IMG/VR virus record: IMGVR_UViG_3300025642_000006 | Coordinates: 1 to 52,125 of that record | Length of the DNA stretch: 52,125 bases | Direction: 5' to 3' (one strand) | Source of the DNA: a virus | Lineage: Duplodnaviria; Caudoviricetes | Shown here: positions 7,725 through 17,563 of the stretch, piece by piece | How positions within the stretch are numbered: the stretch's first letter is position 1 | How the letters are laid out: each line of letters begins with the position of its first letter | Notes under the pieces: model-generated | What the model was told of the DNA's origin: nothing | Databases searched by the model: none | The model's input: the letters and a program-made list of their open reading frames with translations, nothing else | Program-made: the position numbers and the translations under genes

Positions 7725-8426
7725 TTATTTTGAGTAGGTGACAGACCATAGGTAGATGTCTCTGCGTGATTCAGCAGGAACATCATTTAGACACTTATGG
7801 CCGTGCTGCTTCATAGCTTCCTCAATAGTTCCTTCTTTCTTCTCTTCCAACACCATCATGGATGATTTGAAGCGTTCGAGCTTATCTTCGTCTTGGTCTG
7901 CAACTGGAGTCAGTGCCGACGCTTTCTTGATGGGGACTTTAGGGACAGCCTTCACCATAGGCTCAGGGAGGCTATTAGGAGCCTCCTCAGAGTATTTGCT
8001 ACCCTTGAACCAGTAAACATCCGCTCCAAGCCCCAACACCTTCATAGCGACGCTTAGGGCATCCGTAAGGGCCATCTTGTACGCCTCGTCTGAATGGTAT
8101 AGTCCGTTCTTCTCGCTGGCTACTAGCATGGACCCGCCTACTCCATCAATTCCGGCACTCCATTCTCCATCCACCTTTACCCATAGACGTACATGAACAT
8201 GTGATGCTCGTGTTTTCACTGAATCCTTCACATCCGCTTCATCCGTCCAGAAACGGATTACCTCGAACTTCCATCCGAACCCAACTGGTCCGAAAGTCTC
8301 TGTCATTTGGCGATATCTCCATAATGGAGATATGTCAGTCATTCCAGACAGGCGTCCGCCTTTGATTTCTTTTTTCGCTTCATTAGGCACTGATTGAAGC
8401 TGTTTCCAAACAGTTAAATTACTCAT
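7725..8426 (-). CDS. Rad52/Rad22 (Sak)-like single-strand annealing protein
   Basis: TDISPLWR..MTETFGPVGFGW...GVGGS...DEAYKMALTDALSVAMKVLGLGADVY; AAGGAG RBS before ATG 8426. Confidence 0.8.
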   Translation of the reverse strand: MSNLTVWKQLQSVPNEAKKEIKGGRLSGMTDISPLWRYRQMTETFGPVGFGWKFEVIRFWTDEADVKDSVKTRASHVHVRLWVKVDGEWSAGIDGVGGSMLVASEKNGLYHSDEAYKMALTDALSVAMKVLGLGADVYWFKGSKYSEEAPNSLPEPMVKAVPKVPIKKASALTPVADQDEDKLERFKSSMMVLEEKKEGTIEEAMKQHGHKCLNDVPAESRRDIYLWSVTYSK

Positions 8427-8526
8427 TGCATTCTCCTTTGTTTTAGGGAGTAATGCGCCCGGCACGACAACCACGGCGCACCTCCAAGATAATTATTCAT
8501 CCTCTATTTGCTGAACTTTTACAAGT

Positions 8527-8970
8527 CTATACTACGAACTTGCCGCCCTGCACGGGCTTTCCTCCTTGGGTTTTGCTGTTATGTCTTGTCTTCCAAGTTC
8601 TAACAGCGGCCTTCCAATCCGCCATTACTTTATCTTTTATTTTCCACCCTCGTGTTTGATAGTAGTCAACGAACTTGTTTCCATCTATTTCGAAGCCTAT
8701 TGTAGCTCCGTATGCAGTTACTTCTTCTGGTACTGGCGGTTTAAACCTGCGCTTGTGATCAACATCTAATTGGTGAAGTGGACATCCGATCATTGCGCGT
8801 GGATACAATCCATTAACCTTGTCAATGGAAGTAGCTCTACAAAAGGCGAAGAACTCACCCTTGAAACTAATTGTAGATAGAAGCTCGCACCGCCCAGACG
8901 AATAGGAACACATAGGTATTCCTCCTTCATCGAAGAAGCGCTCATATTCACGGAACACTGAATCCTTCAT
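8527..8970 (-). CDS. Phage replisome-organiser/initiator-like protein
   Basis: C-terminal FKPP..EEV..Y.......F.DYY..RGW......M.DWKAAVRTW motif. Confidence 0.7.
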   Translation of the reverse strand: MKDSVFREYERFFDEGGIPMCSYSSGRCELLSTISFKGEFFAFCRATSIDKVNGLYPRAMIGCPLHQLDVDHKRRFKPPVPEEVTAYGATIGFEIDGNKFVDYYQTRGWKIKDKVMADWKAAVRTWKTRHNSKTQGGKPVQGGKFVV

Positions 8971-8971
8971 A

Positions 8972-9716
8972 TTATGCCTTCTGAATAGTTTTCCACGAAT
9001 TGTTCAACTCAGCGATACGGTACGCATAGGAGAAATACTCCCATCCATATTTTAGTTCCTGCTCCGACCACTCCTTGAATAGAAGCATCTCTCCAGACTC
9101 CCTTGAGAAGTATACGTTTGCACACTTCGCATTAGGGAATTTAGTCCCTAGCCGATAAGCGGCTAGCTGCGCCACTTCCCTCAATTTTGGGATCACGCCC
9201 ACCTTCACCAACTGTTTTCCAGTCGAGCAGCCATGTTGGAGATGCAATGTCCGGCGTACCACCAAAGGCATAGTGAACACCTTCAACCTCGCCTTTGAAT
9301 ACGAAACACGCTTCCGAATCGTATGCAGACAAGTGCCTATCCAATAGGATTCCTGCTGCCGCCTTACACGCATTAGCTAATGCAGGATCACCAGGAAGCG
9401 TTCCAGTCTTTAGCGTCATCTCTATAGCACCATGATATTCTGTGCCCCTGTTAGCAGCCTCTTCCCGTCTAGCTGCACATAGCGCCATTCCCGCCTGTAC
9501 GTTCCCGGCTTCTACTCCGGCCTCTACGGCCAGCTTAGCCACCCACTGGAGCAATCCCCCTATCTCAGACGCTTGATCCAAGATAGTGTTGACGCTTTCA
9601 ACAGCTCCATCAACTACGGCCTTTGCTCTAAGCACACGCTTAGACTCTTCGCCGTTCTTTTTAAGTTGAATATAACGCTTCGCCCCGCTAACGGTCTGAA
9701 CATACCAATGACTCAT
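8972..9716 (-). pseudogene. PD-(D/E)XK exonuclease-like gene interrupted by a +1 frameshift near 9185
   Basis: SVNTIL, RGTEYHGAIE, GGTPD..LLDWKT in one frame; EVAQLAAYR...CANVYF in the next frame. Confidence 0.75.
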
Positions 9717-10111
9717 GCTTCCTCCTCTTCTTGCCCACAAACAGGGCAGGGTTTTAGTTCATACTTACCGGCTTCTTCCGCCGCACCTTCGATAGAATCA
9801 TACGCTTTGCGCAGATTCCCTATCCACACACTGACATACCCCTTCCCATCACACTCGTGACATACAGCAATGCTACAGGTACGCACCTTGCGATTAGTAA
9901 CGTGATCAACTACCGATTGCCGTTCTTCCAGAATGCCATCAGCGATCATTTCCGTAATACGTGGTCGGACATAATTCATATCACTCATGCCGAGCCTATT
10001 ACAGACTTGCCGATCAGTGAGAGTCGCCGATCCATAGGCTTCATATATTACTTTCTTTCTAGCTGATGGCTTTAGCTCGTCCCATGCAGCGAGGCTGTTT
10101 TCATGTATCAT
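9713..10111 (-). CDS. Winged-HTH DNA-binding protein with C-terminal Zn-finger
   Basis: LTDRQVCNRLGMSDMNYVRPRITEM; CHEC...CPVC. Confidence 0.65.
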   Translation of the reverse strand: MIHENSLAAWDELKPSARKKVIYEAYGSATLTDRQVCNRLGMSDMNYVRPRITEMIADGILEERQSVVDHVTNRKVRTCSIAVCHECDGKGYVSVWIGNLRKAYDSIEGAAEEAGKYELKPCPVCGQEEEEA

Positions 10112-10120
10112 GGCTCTCCT

Positions 10121-10396
10121 TTATATTTTAATTATCAGCGCATATATTGCATTCTTCAATGCCTGCTCTAAATGCTGATTCATATCCGATATAGCATAGT
10201 CTTTTCCAAGTCCTGTTTCCCCGGCGATAGCGCACATCGTATAATAAACATACGCATAATGGGGAAACTTCTCTGTGGTATATGGCTCAAGAAGCGACGC
10301 TGCGATCCGCTCATCCAACCCTTTCCTCAATGAGGACAAGCGTTGAATCATATCCGTTTGACGCTCTAGTTCTTGAATCTGCTTTTCTTTATCCAT
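10121..10396 (-). CDS. Hypothetical protein
   Basis: AAGGAG RBS. Confidence 0.6.
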   Translation of the reverse strand: MDKEKQIQELERQTDMIQRLSSLRKGLDERIAASLLEPYTTEKFPHYAYVYYTMCAIAGETGLGKDYAISDMNQHLEQALKNAIYALIIKI

Positions 10397-10878
10397 TACC
10401 TACTCCTTTGTTTTGCTTCATTGCTCGTTCACATCTTTCTACCCAGACAATGAAAGATAGTTCGTCTAGTTGCTTGTCCGTGTAATATGAGATAACGGCT
10501 TCTATCTCCGGTACACTTGGCACATTTGGTTTATTCATTATGCTCCTTTACTAATTACTATTGTTTCTCCAACGATTCGGACTTCCAGCCTGTCCCCTAT
10601 AGAGAACAATTCTTTAAGCCAACGTCCTCGCAAACGGAGTAATGGACACTTTTCAGAGCTAAGCCATCCTAATGTGATTTTAGTCCTCATTAGCCTCTCC
10701 TTTGTTTATATCAGCTCGAACAGATAATCCGGCTCTAAGCCGAAATACTCCTCGCAGAAGTATTCCGTATCTTGACCTTCTTCTATTCCCTGCCTCAGCT
10801 CCCGCGAAGCTGCTGCAATTTCCTTGTCTGCTTCCTCTTCCGACATCCCATCACGGTCCATCAAAACCTGCTTTAAAC

Positions 10879-11406
10879 TCATGACTTCTCCTCTTCCCGT
10901 TTTTTAAGACACGCTGCACACATTTCGCCTTTCCCATATTGGATAAGTGCATCGACGTACTTCCCGCACCGGGAACACCATATCTTAATGCTCGGAATCC
11001 TTTCATAGAGCGAGTCAATACACGCCTTGGCCTCAGCGGCCACAAACTCCTCGGTGTATTCCCTTCCTTCGTCCCAAATGTGCTGGTAGTCGCACCCGAT
11101 TTTTACGCATTGTTTTTCTCCGTCGAATCCAGTTACTTTTGAGTACCGCGTCATTCCACTATGCCAGTCTAAGTTAGACATAAGCGGCTCGGAGTAGTAA
11201 TCATAATGGATAAAAGACAGATTCGATTCCTTCGGATCCAACCAGAAACGCTCTCTAATATCTTCTGGGAGCGAGTCTATGAGAATGAAAAGATAGAACG
11301 TCCAGCACGCCTTGTCGAACCGTGTAAAACGTTGTATCTCGAACGAAATGCCTTTATATTTTCCAGCCCATACGGTTTTTTCTTCCATGTCTTGTGTCAA
11401 ACTCAT
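10879..11406 (-). CDS. Hypothetical phage protein with C-terminal Zn-ribbon
   Basis: WHSGMT.Y...IGCDYQHIWD motif; CSRC..CAAC; AAGGAG RBS. Confidence 0.7.
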   Translation of the reverse strand: MSLTQDMEEKTVWAGKYKGISFEIQRFTRFDKACWTFYLFILIDSLPEDIRERFWLDPKESNLSFIHYDYYSEPLMSNLDWHSGMTRYSKVTGFDGEKQCVKIGCDYQHIWDEGREYTEEFVAAEAKACIDSLYERIPSIKIWCSRCGKYVDALIQYGKGEMCAACLKKREEEKS

Positions 11407-11603
11407 GACTTCTCCTTTCATGGTGTACTTCTTGTTCATAATGCTCCCTTCGCTGTTTTTGCAGGCCCATGACTTTCAGTCCCGTTCCAATCCCTGCCAT
11501 AATAGCCAGGGTGATTATGAAGGCCGTATAAGCCTTCCCGGTCAGCTTTATCAGCCATATAGTAAAGTCTTCAATCATATCTTACCCTCCTCATGTTATG
11601 CCA

Positions 11604-11697
11604 TAGAACACGTTTTAAGGTGTCTAGGAGCGATTATTGCACTAAAGGCATATATAGACCTGCCTAATAGCGCCAAACCCCTTCTAGGTGCCTCTAT
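11604..11697 (+). repeat. Dispersed ~93-bp hairpin element, copy A
   Basis: Similar to 51208-51300 (same strand) and 12777-12869 (inverted). Confidence 0.65.
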
Positions 11698-12289
11698 GCA
11701 CGATTGCAGCCATTAGCCGAAAGAAGCGTAATTGCTTACTTGCTCTCAAGGCATCCTGCGGCATCGAGCGCCTCCCAGTCAGACGGATGTGGGCAACCGA
11801 TGGCAACGACGATTAGAGCTCCGTGTTTCTGTTTCAGTTTCATGTTCATCTCATTTCCTCCAACTGGTGTTTCCGTCATTCGTGGTTATCCAGTACCACG
11901 CCTGCATTCTCTCTTTTAGCAATCTCTCCACAGTGGAGAGGTGCCAGAAAGAACGTATTTACAGGGATTGAGATACATTCTTTCTGTATTCATGGTCTTA
12001 TTCTCCTTTGCGGCATTGCCGCTGGTTAGTGTACAGGCGCGTTGTGCGCGTGAGATTGTCTATTATGCGTTCAGCATCTTCAAATGCCATACCTATTGGT
12101 TCAGTACTGTAACGACAGAACGGATACGCGCTCTCAATCGCAAGTTGCGTATATGATAGCAAGTAGTTGCCTTGGCGATTGTTGTCTTTGCTGTTTTCAT
12201 GGTATTCATCCCTTCTAGGCTATTGTTAATACTATATAGTGCCTCATAAATACACACCCCTCCGGACACCACCACCCCCCCTAAATATT

Positions 12290-12403
12290 TGCACACCCAA
12301 CCGCAGCACGTATTTAGCGACGCCCTCATCTGCGAGAGCCGCTCCCAGGACGTGAGCCTTGCTATAACTTGGCAGGCCGAAGGTAAGCTGCACACCCAAC
12401 CGC
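12290..12403. repeat. 15-bp direct repeat TGCACACCCAACCGC x2
   Basis: Copies at 12290-12304 and 12389-12403 in the divergent non-coding region. Confidence 0.75.
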
Positions 12404-12776
12404 TTGCACCGCAACAGCATGGATGTTCGCCGACGGGAGAGGCAGTGTCAGTGCTAACGTCACCGCCGGGGTGCCACGGGGTCCCCTTGCCCCCTCCGGC
12501 CATTAGGGGTGTTAGTAGGGAAACATCGCCGTACACTATGAGAATCGCCCTAAACCTGGGATGGCTAGTGGGTTGATATTATTGGGAAAGACTAAGCTAA
12601 GGGCGGTATTATTGAGATTGTGTTAGCTTGATTTTAGCTTGGTGGGTTTGTGTTGATTGAGTTGAGTGGGGTTTATTGGCATTGATGTGATGAAGTAGTA
12701 CTTTAGTATCACCTTGGGGAGATTATTTGGGTGGGTTAGTACAACGTCGCATAACACGAAAGATCGGGAAGGGGTA

Positions 12777-12869
12777 TTAGATGTGCGTAGAAGGGGGAGG
12801 AAGATTGAGCTAGGTCTTTATATGGGTAAATGCACAGAACGTCTTCTATGGGGCTTAGAACGTGTTTTA
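12777..12869 (-). repeat. Dispersed ~93-bp hairpin element, copy C (inverted relative to A)
   Basis: Shares tagaagggg, aggtct(a/t)tatatg, tgca, tta(a/g)aacgtgtt(c/t)ta with the reverse complement of copy A. Confidence 0.65.
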
Positions 12870-13274
12870 GAGGCACTGTAGGGGAGGGGGGTGTACGGGG
12901 GTGTAGATTAGCGGAGGGGTAGTGTGGGAAGTGGAGGATAGGTGGTAGAAATGCGGAAGTACAGAATCCGGCTATATATATAGTACAGTTGGTTAAGATA
13001 TAACACAGGGTAGATAATATATAAACACAGGGTATAGATAGTACATAGAGAGTGAGAAAAGAAACCCATCTTCCTATAACAAGAAAGAAAAATATAAAAG
13101 AAAGAATAAAAGGGTTTCTTCCCTTACGAGATGGGCAGTTAAAACACACTTTCGAGATGAGAGCTTGCCGAAGGTTCAAGCGGTCCATCGAGTGGGGGAA
13201 CCGTCGAGACGCTCGGCCAGCCTCGCTAAAGTTGTTGGTATGAATCTTGTGGAGAGATTGTGGAGAGATTTATG

Positions 13275-13303
13275 TTGACAGTATTTTGGGAAAAGCATAT
13301 AGG
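13275..13303 (+). promoter_or_regulatory. Putative sigma70-type promoter of the rightward operon
   Basis: TTGACA-17 bp-TATAGG upstream of ORF 13393. Confidence 0.5.
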
Positions 13304-13392
13304 CATAGGGTGTTGAAGGTGAATTAGGGAGCTTAGTTTTTATACGCTCGCAGTCAGGCAAGGACTTACGCTGATTAAGGCAGGAGGTTGTT

Positions 13393-13578
13393 ATGGTAGT
13401 GAAGACCAAACAAATGCGATTGATCCAATACGAGTTGACGTTAATGCGCCGAGAAGTAGACTATCTAAAGGGTTTGATGGACGGGATAGGTAGAGCTACG
13501 CCATTTGGTTATCGACTTGATTGCAGCAGAAGCGACTGCACCGTAAGGGATGACAATGAAGCGAAGGGTTGTCCATGA
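13393..13578 (+). CDS. Hypothetical protein
   Basis: AGGAGG RBS. Confidence 0.55.
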   Translation: MVVKTKQMRLIQYELTLMRREVDYLKGLMDGIGRATPFGYRLDCSRSDCTVRDDNEAKGCP

Positions 13579-13901
13579 CGCGAAGTAAGGTCAAGAAGCT
13601 ATCGGTAAGGGATGTCAAGATACCGGACAGCATAGAGGCATTCTTTACGACGGAAAGCGTCAATGCTCGAACCATGTTCATGAGTGCCCAGATTGATGCA
13701 GTTTGCATGAAGGTATTGGAATCGGTTACAGTGCAGAACTTGTTGGACCTATCGCCTATTCAGCGGTTGAGAATAGCGAAGGACTTGATTACGATGCGTA
13801 AGGAGCTTTTAGTGAACAATGTCATATCCGATAGGGATGTGGATAGTGCGCTAGAAGGGTTGAAGAAAACAAAGAACAAACCTCAAGAAGAGGAAGAGTG
13901 A
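13575..13901 (+). CDS. Hypothetical protein, possible terminase small subunit
   Basis: Small helical protein at the head of the late operon; assignment by position only. Confidence 0.4.
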   Translation: MTRSKVKKLSVRDVKIPDSIEAFFTTESVNARTMFMSAQIDAVCMKVLESVTVQNLLDLSPIQRLRIAKDLITMRKELLVNNVISDRDVDSALEGLKKTKNKPQEEEE

Positions 13902-13911
13902 AGGGAGTAAT

Positions 13912-14178
13912 ATGAGCGAAGACAAAGTAGCATATGGGAAGAAAACGAGAGTAACGCGTGAGATAGCTATATTTCAGATGAAGTCTACAGATAAGGGTGT
14001 TGTAATTACGCTGGCTGATACACGACCGCCCGTTGGCATGACAAAAACGGCTCAGGTGAAGGCGTGGATGCTAGAGAACCTTAGCGGAGAGAAAGACGTA
14101 ACATTCGTAGCAGCTAGGGTATTGATTAGCGGAGTAATTGAGGAGAAGCCGGGCAAGCCCATCCGCCGGTTCGTATAA
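13912..14178 (+). CDS. Hypothetical protein
   Basis: AAGGGAG RBS. Confidence 0.6.
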   Translation: MSEDKVAYGKKTRVTREIAIFQMKSTDKGVVITLADTRPPVGMTKTAQVKAWMLENLSGEKDVTFVAARVLISGVIEEKPGKPIRRFV

Positions 14179-14202
14179 TAAAACAAAAAAAAGGAGTATG
14201 TT

Positions 14203-14433
14203 ATGGCTTATGAAGAACGTGATTTGAGCGGGGTATTATTCAAGAACAATAAAAAGACTAGCGAGAGGGCTCCAGACTATACTGGAAAATGCCTTATTGG
14301 CGGGGAGAGTCTGCGTATTGCTGCATGGATTAACGAAGGAAAGTCAGGGATTAAGTTCATGTCGTTGAAGTTCGAGGATGAATCGAATCAGGCGGCAGCT
14401 TCCGAAACGGTAAGTGATGACGTTCCCTTTTAG
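14203..14433 (+). CDS. Small SSB-like OB-fold protein
   Basis: SGVLFKN..K....PDYTG...I.G....IAAW......KFMSL with acidic DDVPF tail. Confidence 0.7.
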   Translation: MAYEERDLSGVLFKNNKKTSERAPDYTGKCLIGGESLRIAAWINEGKSGIKFMSLKFEDESNQAAASETVSDDVPF

Positions 14434-14439
14434 GCAATT

Positions 14440-15222
14440 ATGATCATTCCGCAAGAAGCTAAAGCCCTTGATCCTACAAAGAACATAACTGTTCTTCCGT
14501 ATGGTGTTATAGTTAACCCAAAGGTTCTCTATGACGAGTATATGGAGAAGTTCAAGGAGTTTAACCTAATTGCTCAATTATCGCGTAGCCATCTGACATG
14601 GTGGCTAGGCGATATGATCATTGCTGGAGAGAAGTTCTTTCCGAACAAGTACGAGCAGGCTGTAGATTTAACTGGATACAGCCTACAGTATTTAACCAAC
14701 TGCGTCTGGTTAGCTACGAAGTATAAGTTATCCGAGAGGAAGTATAGCAATCTAAGCCCATTTCACTATAGGGCTGTAGCTTCATTGCAGCCAGAAGATA
14801 GGGGAGCTATCCTGGAGTTGGCAGATGCAGAGGGATGGACCGTAAGGACAGTCGAGGCGAAGGTTCGTGGCGAAGACCCAGTATATACTCCCATCTCAGT
14901 TGAAGATATAAAAATACCAGACAGGCCGCCGGTTCACTTAAAGACAGCAAGGGTAGATAGACGGTTGATCTTTAGCCTAGAATTATTCAATTCATGGTGG
15001 AGGACGTATCCTACCAAGGCTCTTACTGCTAAGCGTGAAGCATTGGATAAGCGCATTGCAAAGGATGCGTGGGAGATGTGCAGGCACTTTTTCAACAAGG
15101 GAGTATTTGATGATAAGAGCAAAAAAGAAACCAGTAAAAAACAAGAAGCCGGTAAAGAAGTCCACGGGGAAGTTGAGGAAGGACGCACTAGCATTAGCGT
15201 CCGAGATAGCCAAGAAACGTGA
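14440..15222 (+). CDS. LmbU-like DNA-binding protein
   Basis: WWLGD....GE.....Y.QA...TGYS.QYL.N..W.A......R....LS..HY..VA.L..E....L..A..EGWTVR. Confidence 0.65.
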   Translation: MIIPQEAKALDPTKNITVLPYGVIVNPKVLYDEYMEKFKEFNLIAQLSRSHLTWWLGDMIIAGEKFFPNKYEQAVDLTGYSLQYLTNCVWLATKYKLSERKYSNLSPFHYRAVASLQPEDRGAILELADAEGWTVRTVEAKVRGEDPVYTPISVEDIKIPDRPPVHLKTARVDRRLIFSLELFNSWWRTYPTKALTAKREALDKRIAKDAWEMCRHFFNKGVFDDKSKKETSKKQEAGKEVHGEVEEGRTSISVRDSQET

Positions 15223-15592
15223 CTCTAATACATGCTGGATTTGTGGCAAGACGGTAAGTGGAAGTAACTGTCATGCGTCTCACATCATTCCTCGCAGCGC
15301 AGATGGACGACTAGCTCTACATCCATCGAATATAATGTGTAATTGCTATCACTGTCATATTAACATTTGGCACAAGAATCCGCTGGAGATGGGAATATGG
15401 TTTAGAAAGCATCATCCAGAAATGGAGTCATGGTTAGTAAGACAGAAAATCTACAACAAATGTATGGGCACAATCTCTAGGACGTGGGTAGAAGGGTGGT
15501 TAGAGGAGCTACAGCGCGTCGCAGCACTAAATACGGAGGAGATCACGTTATGGAACCAGTCCGCTATTACGAGTGTCGTATGGGTAGATTAA
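15110..15592 (+). CDS. NinG/Rap-like HNH endonuclease
   Basis: RD..TCWICG...HASHIIPR......N....CYHCH. Confidence 0.75.
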   Translation: MIRAKKKPVKNKKPVKKSTGKLRKDALALASEIAKKRDSNTCWICGKTVSGSNCHASHIIPRSADGRLALHPSNIMCNCYHCHINIWHKNPLEMGIWFRKHHPEMESWLVRQKIYNKCMGTISRTWVEGWLEELQRVAALNTEEITLWNQSAITSVVWVD

Positions 15593-15720
15593 GCAAAGAG
15601 GAGATCATAGCCCTTATTAACGCTAAAAAGCAGGATAAGAAATATGGGTGGGAACTGGACTGCTTAGAGCTTGGCAGACAACTAGAGAGACTAAAGAAAG
15701 CAGAAGAAGATAATGATTAG
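15580..15720 (+). CDS. Small hypothetical protein
   Basis: Bridges the NinG-like gene and TerL with overlapping ends. Confidence 0.45.
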   Translation: MGRLSKEEIIALINAKKQDKKYGWELDCLELGRQLERLKKAEEDND

Positions 15721-17563
15721 TTGGAAAGGCCCGAGCGACTGGACTTACTTCTTCTTCACAGAGGATGGGTGTCAGGAGCTTACATACACACAGTACCTTG
15801 GAGATTTTCCAGAAACGGGTGAGGAGTCGTATCTAATGAGATACGTCAAGGACAGGGTTAATAGAGAAACCTTGTTCTTGGGAAGAACCATACTAAGTTA
15901 TGCGAAGTCATGGTTGAAGAATAATAGGGCTATGCGTGAGCATTTTGTTACGCTAAAGAAAGAGCAGGAAGAGAATCCGCTACAGTTCTATTGTCCTAAT
16001 GGAAAAGGCCAGCTAGCGTTTCTGAATGATAAGAACTATACCATAAGCGGCATGGTAGCCCCGAATCGTACTGGGAAAAGTACTTGTGCGTGGATAGACC
16101 TGTTACTTGATATTATACCATGCGATCCTACGTGGAAACTCTTTACAGAACATGGGGTAAAGTTTAGGCCATTTGCTCCGCCATCAGATGGATACGTTAC
16201 AGCTGTAGCTACCTATGAGCTTGTAAACTTAAAGAGTACGATATGGCCTCAGATCATTCGCAAGTGGACTCCAGTAAAGTATCTGGAAGAATATGGTATA
16301 AGGGGTAAGGGCGGAAGGCCGATCAACTGGAAGGATAGCCCTAGAATACAAACCAAACATCTTAATTTATGGATGATGTACTACAGCATGAGCCAGACGC
16401 CGTATGAATCGCAGGCCATTGATAGGTTCATGTGGGATGAGCAACCGGAAGAGGCTAAGTTTGATGGAGCAGATGAGCGGTTAAGAACTCGTAATGGAAG
16501 GCATGTATTCAGTTTAACTCCTCATAAGGTAGAAGGACGCGCAGAGACCGGAGCCGGGACGTTTGTGCATGATATGGCACTAGGCAATACTACAAAGGGT
16601 CATTCGATCGAGTTCTACAACTGTTCGCTACTGGACGACGTTCCAGATTGGATTTATCCAGAAATACAGAAGAAGGCCGCATTTAGGAAGTGGGTAGAAG
16701 AACCGATTAAGAACCATGACGAGAAGTCACGCAAAGAAGGTCGAGCCAGGTTATACGGAGAATGGCATGAAACCGGTGGGTTGGTATATGATGAGTGGGA
16801 TAGGGCTATACACCTTGTGGACCCATTCGACATACCGCCTAACTGGACTAGATATAGAAGCATGGATTGGGGAAGAGTAAACCCTACTGCGTGTCTATAC
16901 TATGCAGTGAATGAAATAGGAGATGTATATTTCTATGATATGTATTATAGGCATAACGCCCTAGTATCGGAGAGTGCGTTAGATATAATTACGAAGTCAG
17001 GGAATGTTAGACAACGTAATGGACGAATATCAGACACTAGGAATAGTGAAATAGTCGAGTGCTACGAAGAGGTGCAGAAAACGAAGTTCGTTAAGACTGT
17101 ATTAGATAGCAGGACATTCGCCAGCAAGCAGCCTAATTCATCACTGACTATAGGGCGACTATATCAGCTTAATGGACTATATGTTCGGCCTGCATCTGGG
17201 GAAACAACAGAGGCTACAATTCCTATCGTGAAGGAATGGCTAAAGCCCGACTTTAATAAGATACATCCACATACCGGCAAACCCGGAAAGCCGAGGATTT
17301 TCTTTTTTAGAACGCTATCAGTATTTATTAAGCATATAGAGCATTATATTAACACTCCGGTAGTGCGTAAGGGTAAGGACGGGGGAACACGGTTAGCAGA
17401 GCGTCCTAGAGCGGTAGATGACCACGATATGGACGCCTTTAGGTATGCCATTATAGATCGTCCGCGATATATCGATGGATATAATTATGTTGACAGTTTA
17501 GACGAAGAGAGTAATACGCAAAATAATAAGAGGCCATTATATGACAAATACACCGGCTATTAA
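15713..17563 (+). CDS. terL: Terminase large subunit
   Basis: Walker A APNRTGKST, Walker B FMWDEQP, nuclease motifs MDWGRVNPTAC and DDHDMDAFRY. Confidence 0.93.
   Translation: MISWKGPSDWTYFFFTEDGCQELTYTQYLGDFPETGEESYLMRYVKDRVNRETLFLGRTILSYAKSWLKNNRAMREHFVTLKKEQEENPLQFYCPNGKGQLAFLNDKNYTISGMVAPNRTGKSTCAWIDLLLDIIPCDPTWKLFTEHGVKFRPFAPPSDGYVTAVATYELVNLKSTIWPQIIRKWTPVKYLEEYGIRGKGGRPINWKDSPRIQTKHLNLWMMYYSMSQTPYESQAIDRFMWDEQPEEAKFDGADERLRTRNGRHVFSLTPHKVEGRAETGAGTFVHDMALGNTTKGHSIEFYNCSLLDDVPDWIYPEIQKKAAFRKWVEEPIKNHDEKSRKEGRARLYGEWHETGGLVYDEWDRAIHLVDPFDIPPNWTRYRSMDWGRVNPTACLYYAVNEIGDVYFYDMYYRHNALVSESALDIITKSGNVRQRNGRISDTRNSEIVECYEEVQKTKFVKTVLDSRTFASKQPNSSLTIGRLYQLNGLYVRPASGETTEATIPIVKEWLKPDFNKIHPHTGKPGKPRIFFFRTLSVFIKHIEHYINTPVVRKGKDGGTRLAERPRAVDDHDMDAFRYAIIDRPRYIDGYNYVDSLDEESNTQNNKRPLYDKYTGY

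Noticed and set aside
12093-13409. Long ORFs 12093-12536, 12736-13188 and neighbours in the divergent region
   Set aside because: No RBS or protein-like composition over most of their length; they arise from strand-skewed non-coding DNA (only the last ~38 codons of the first may be real)
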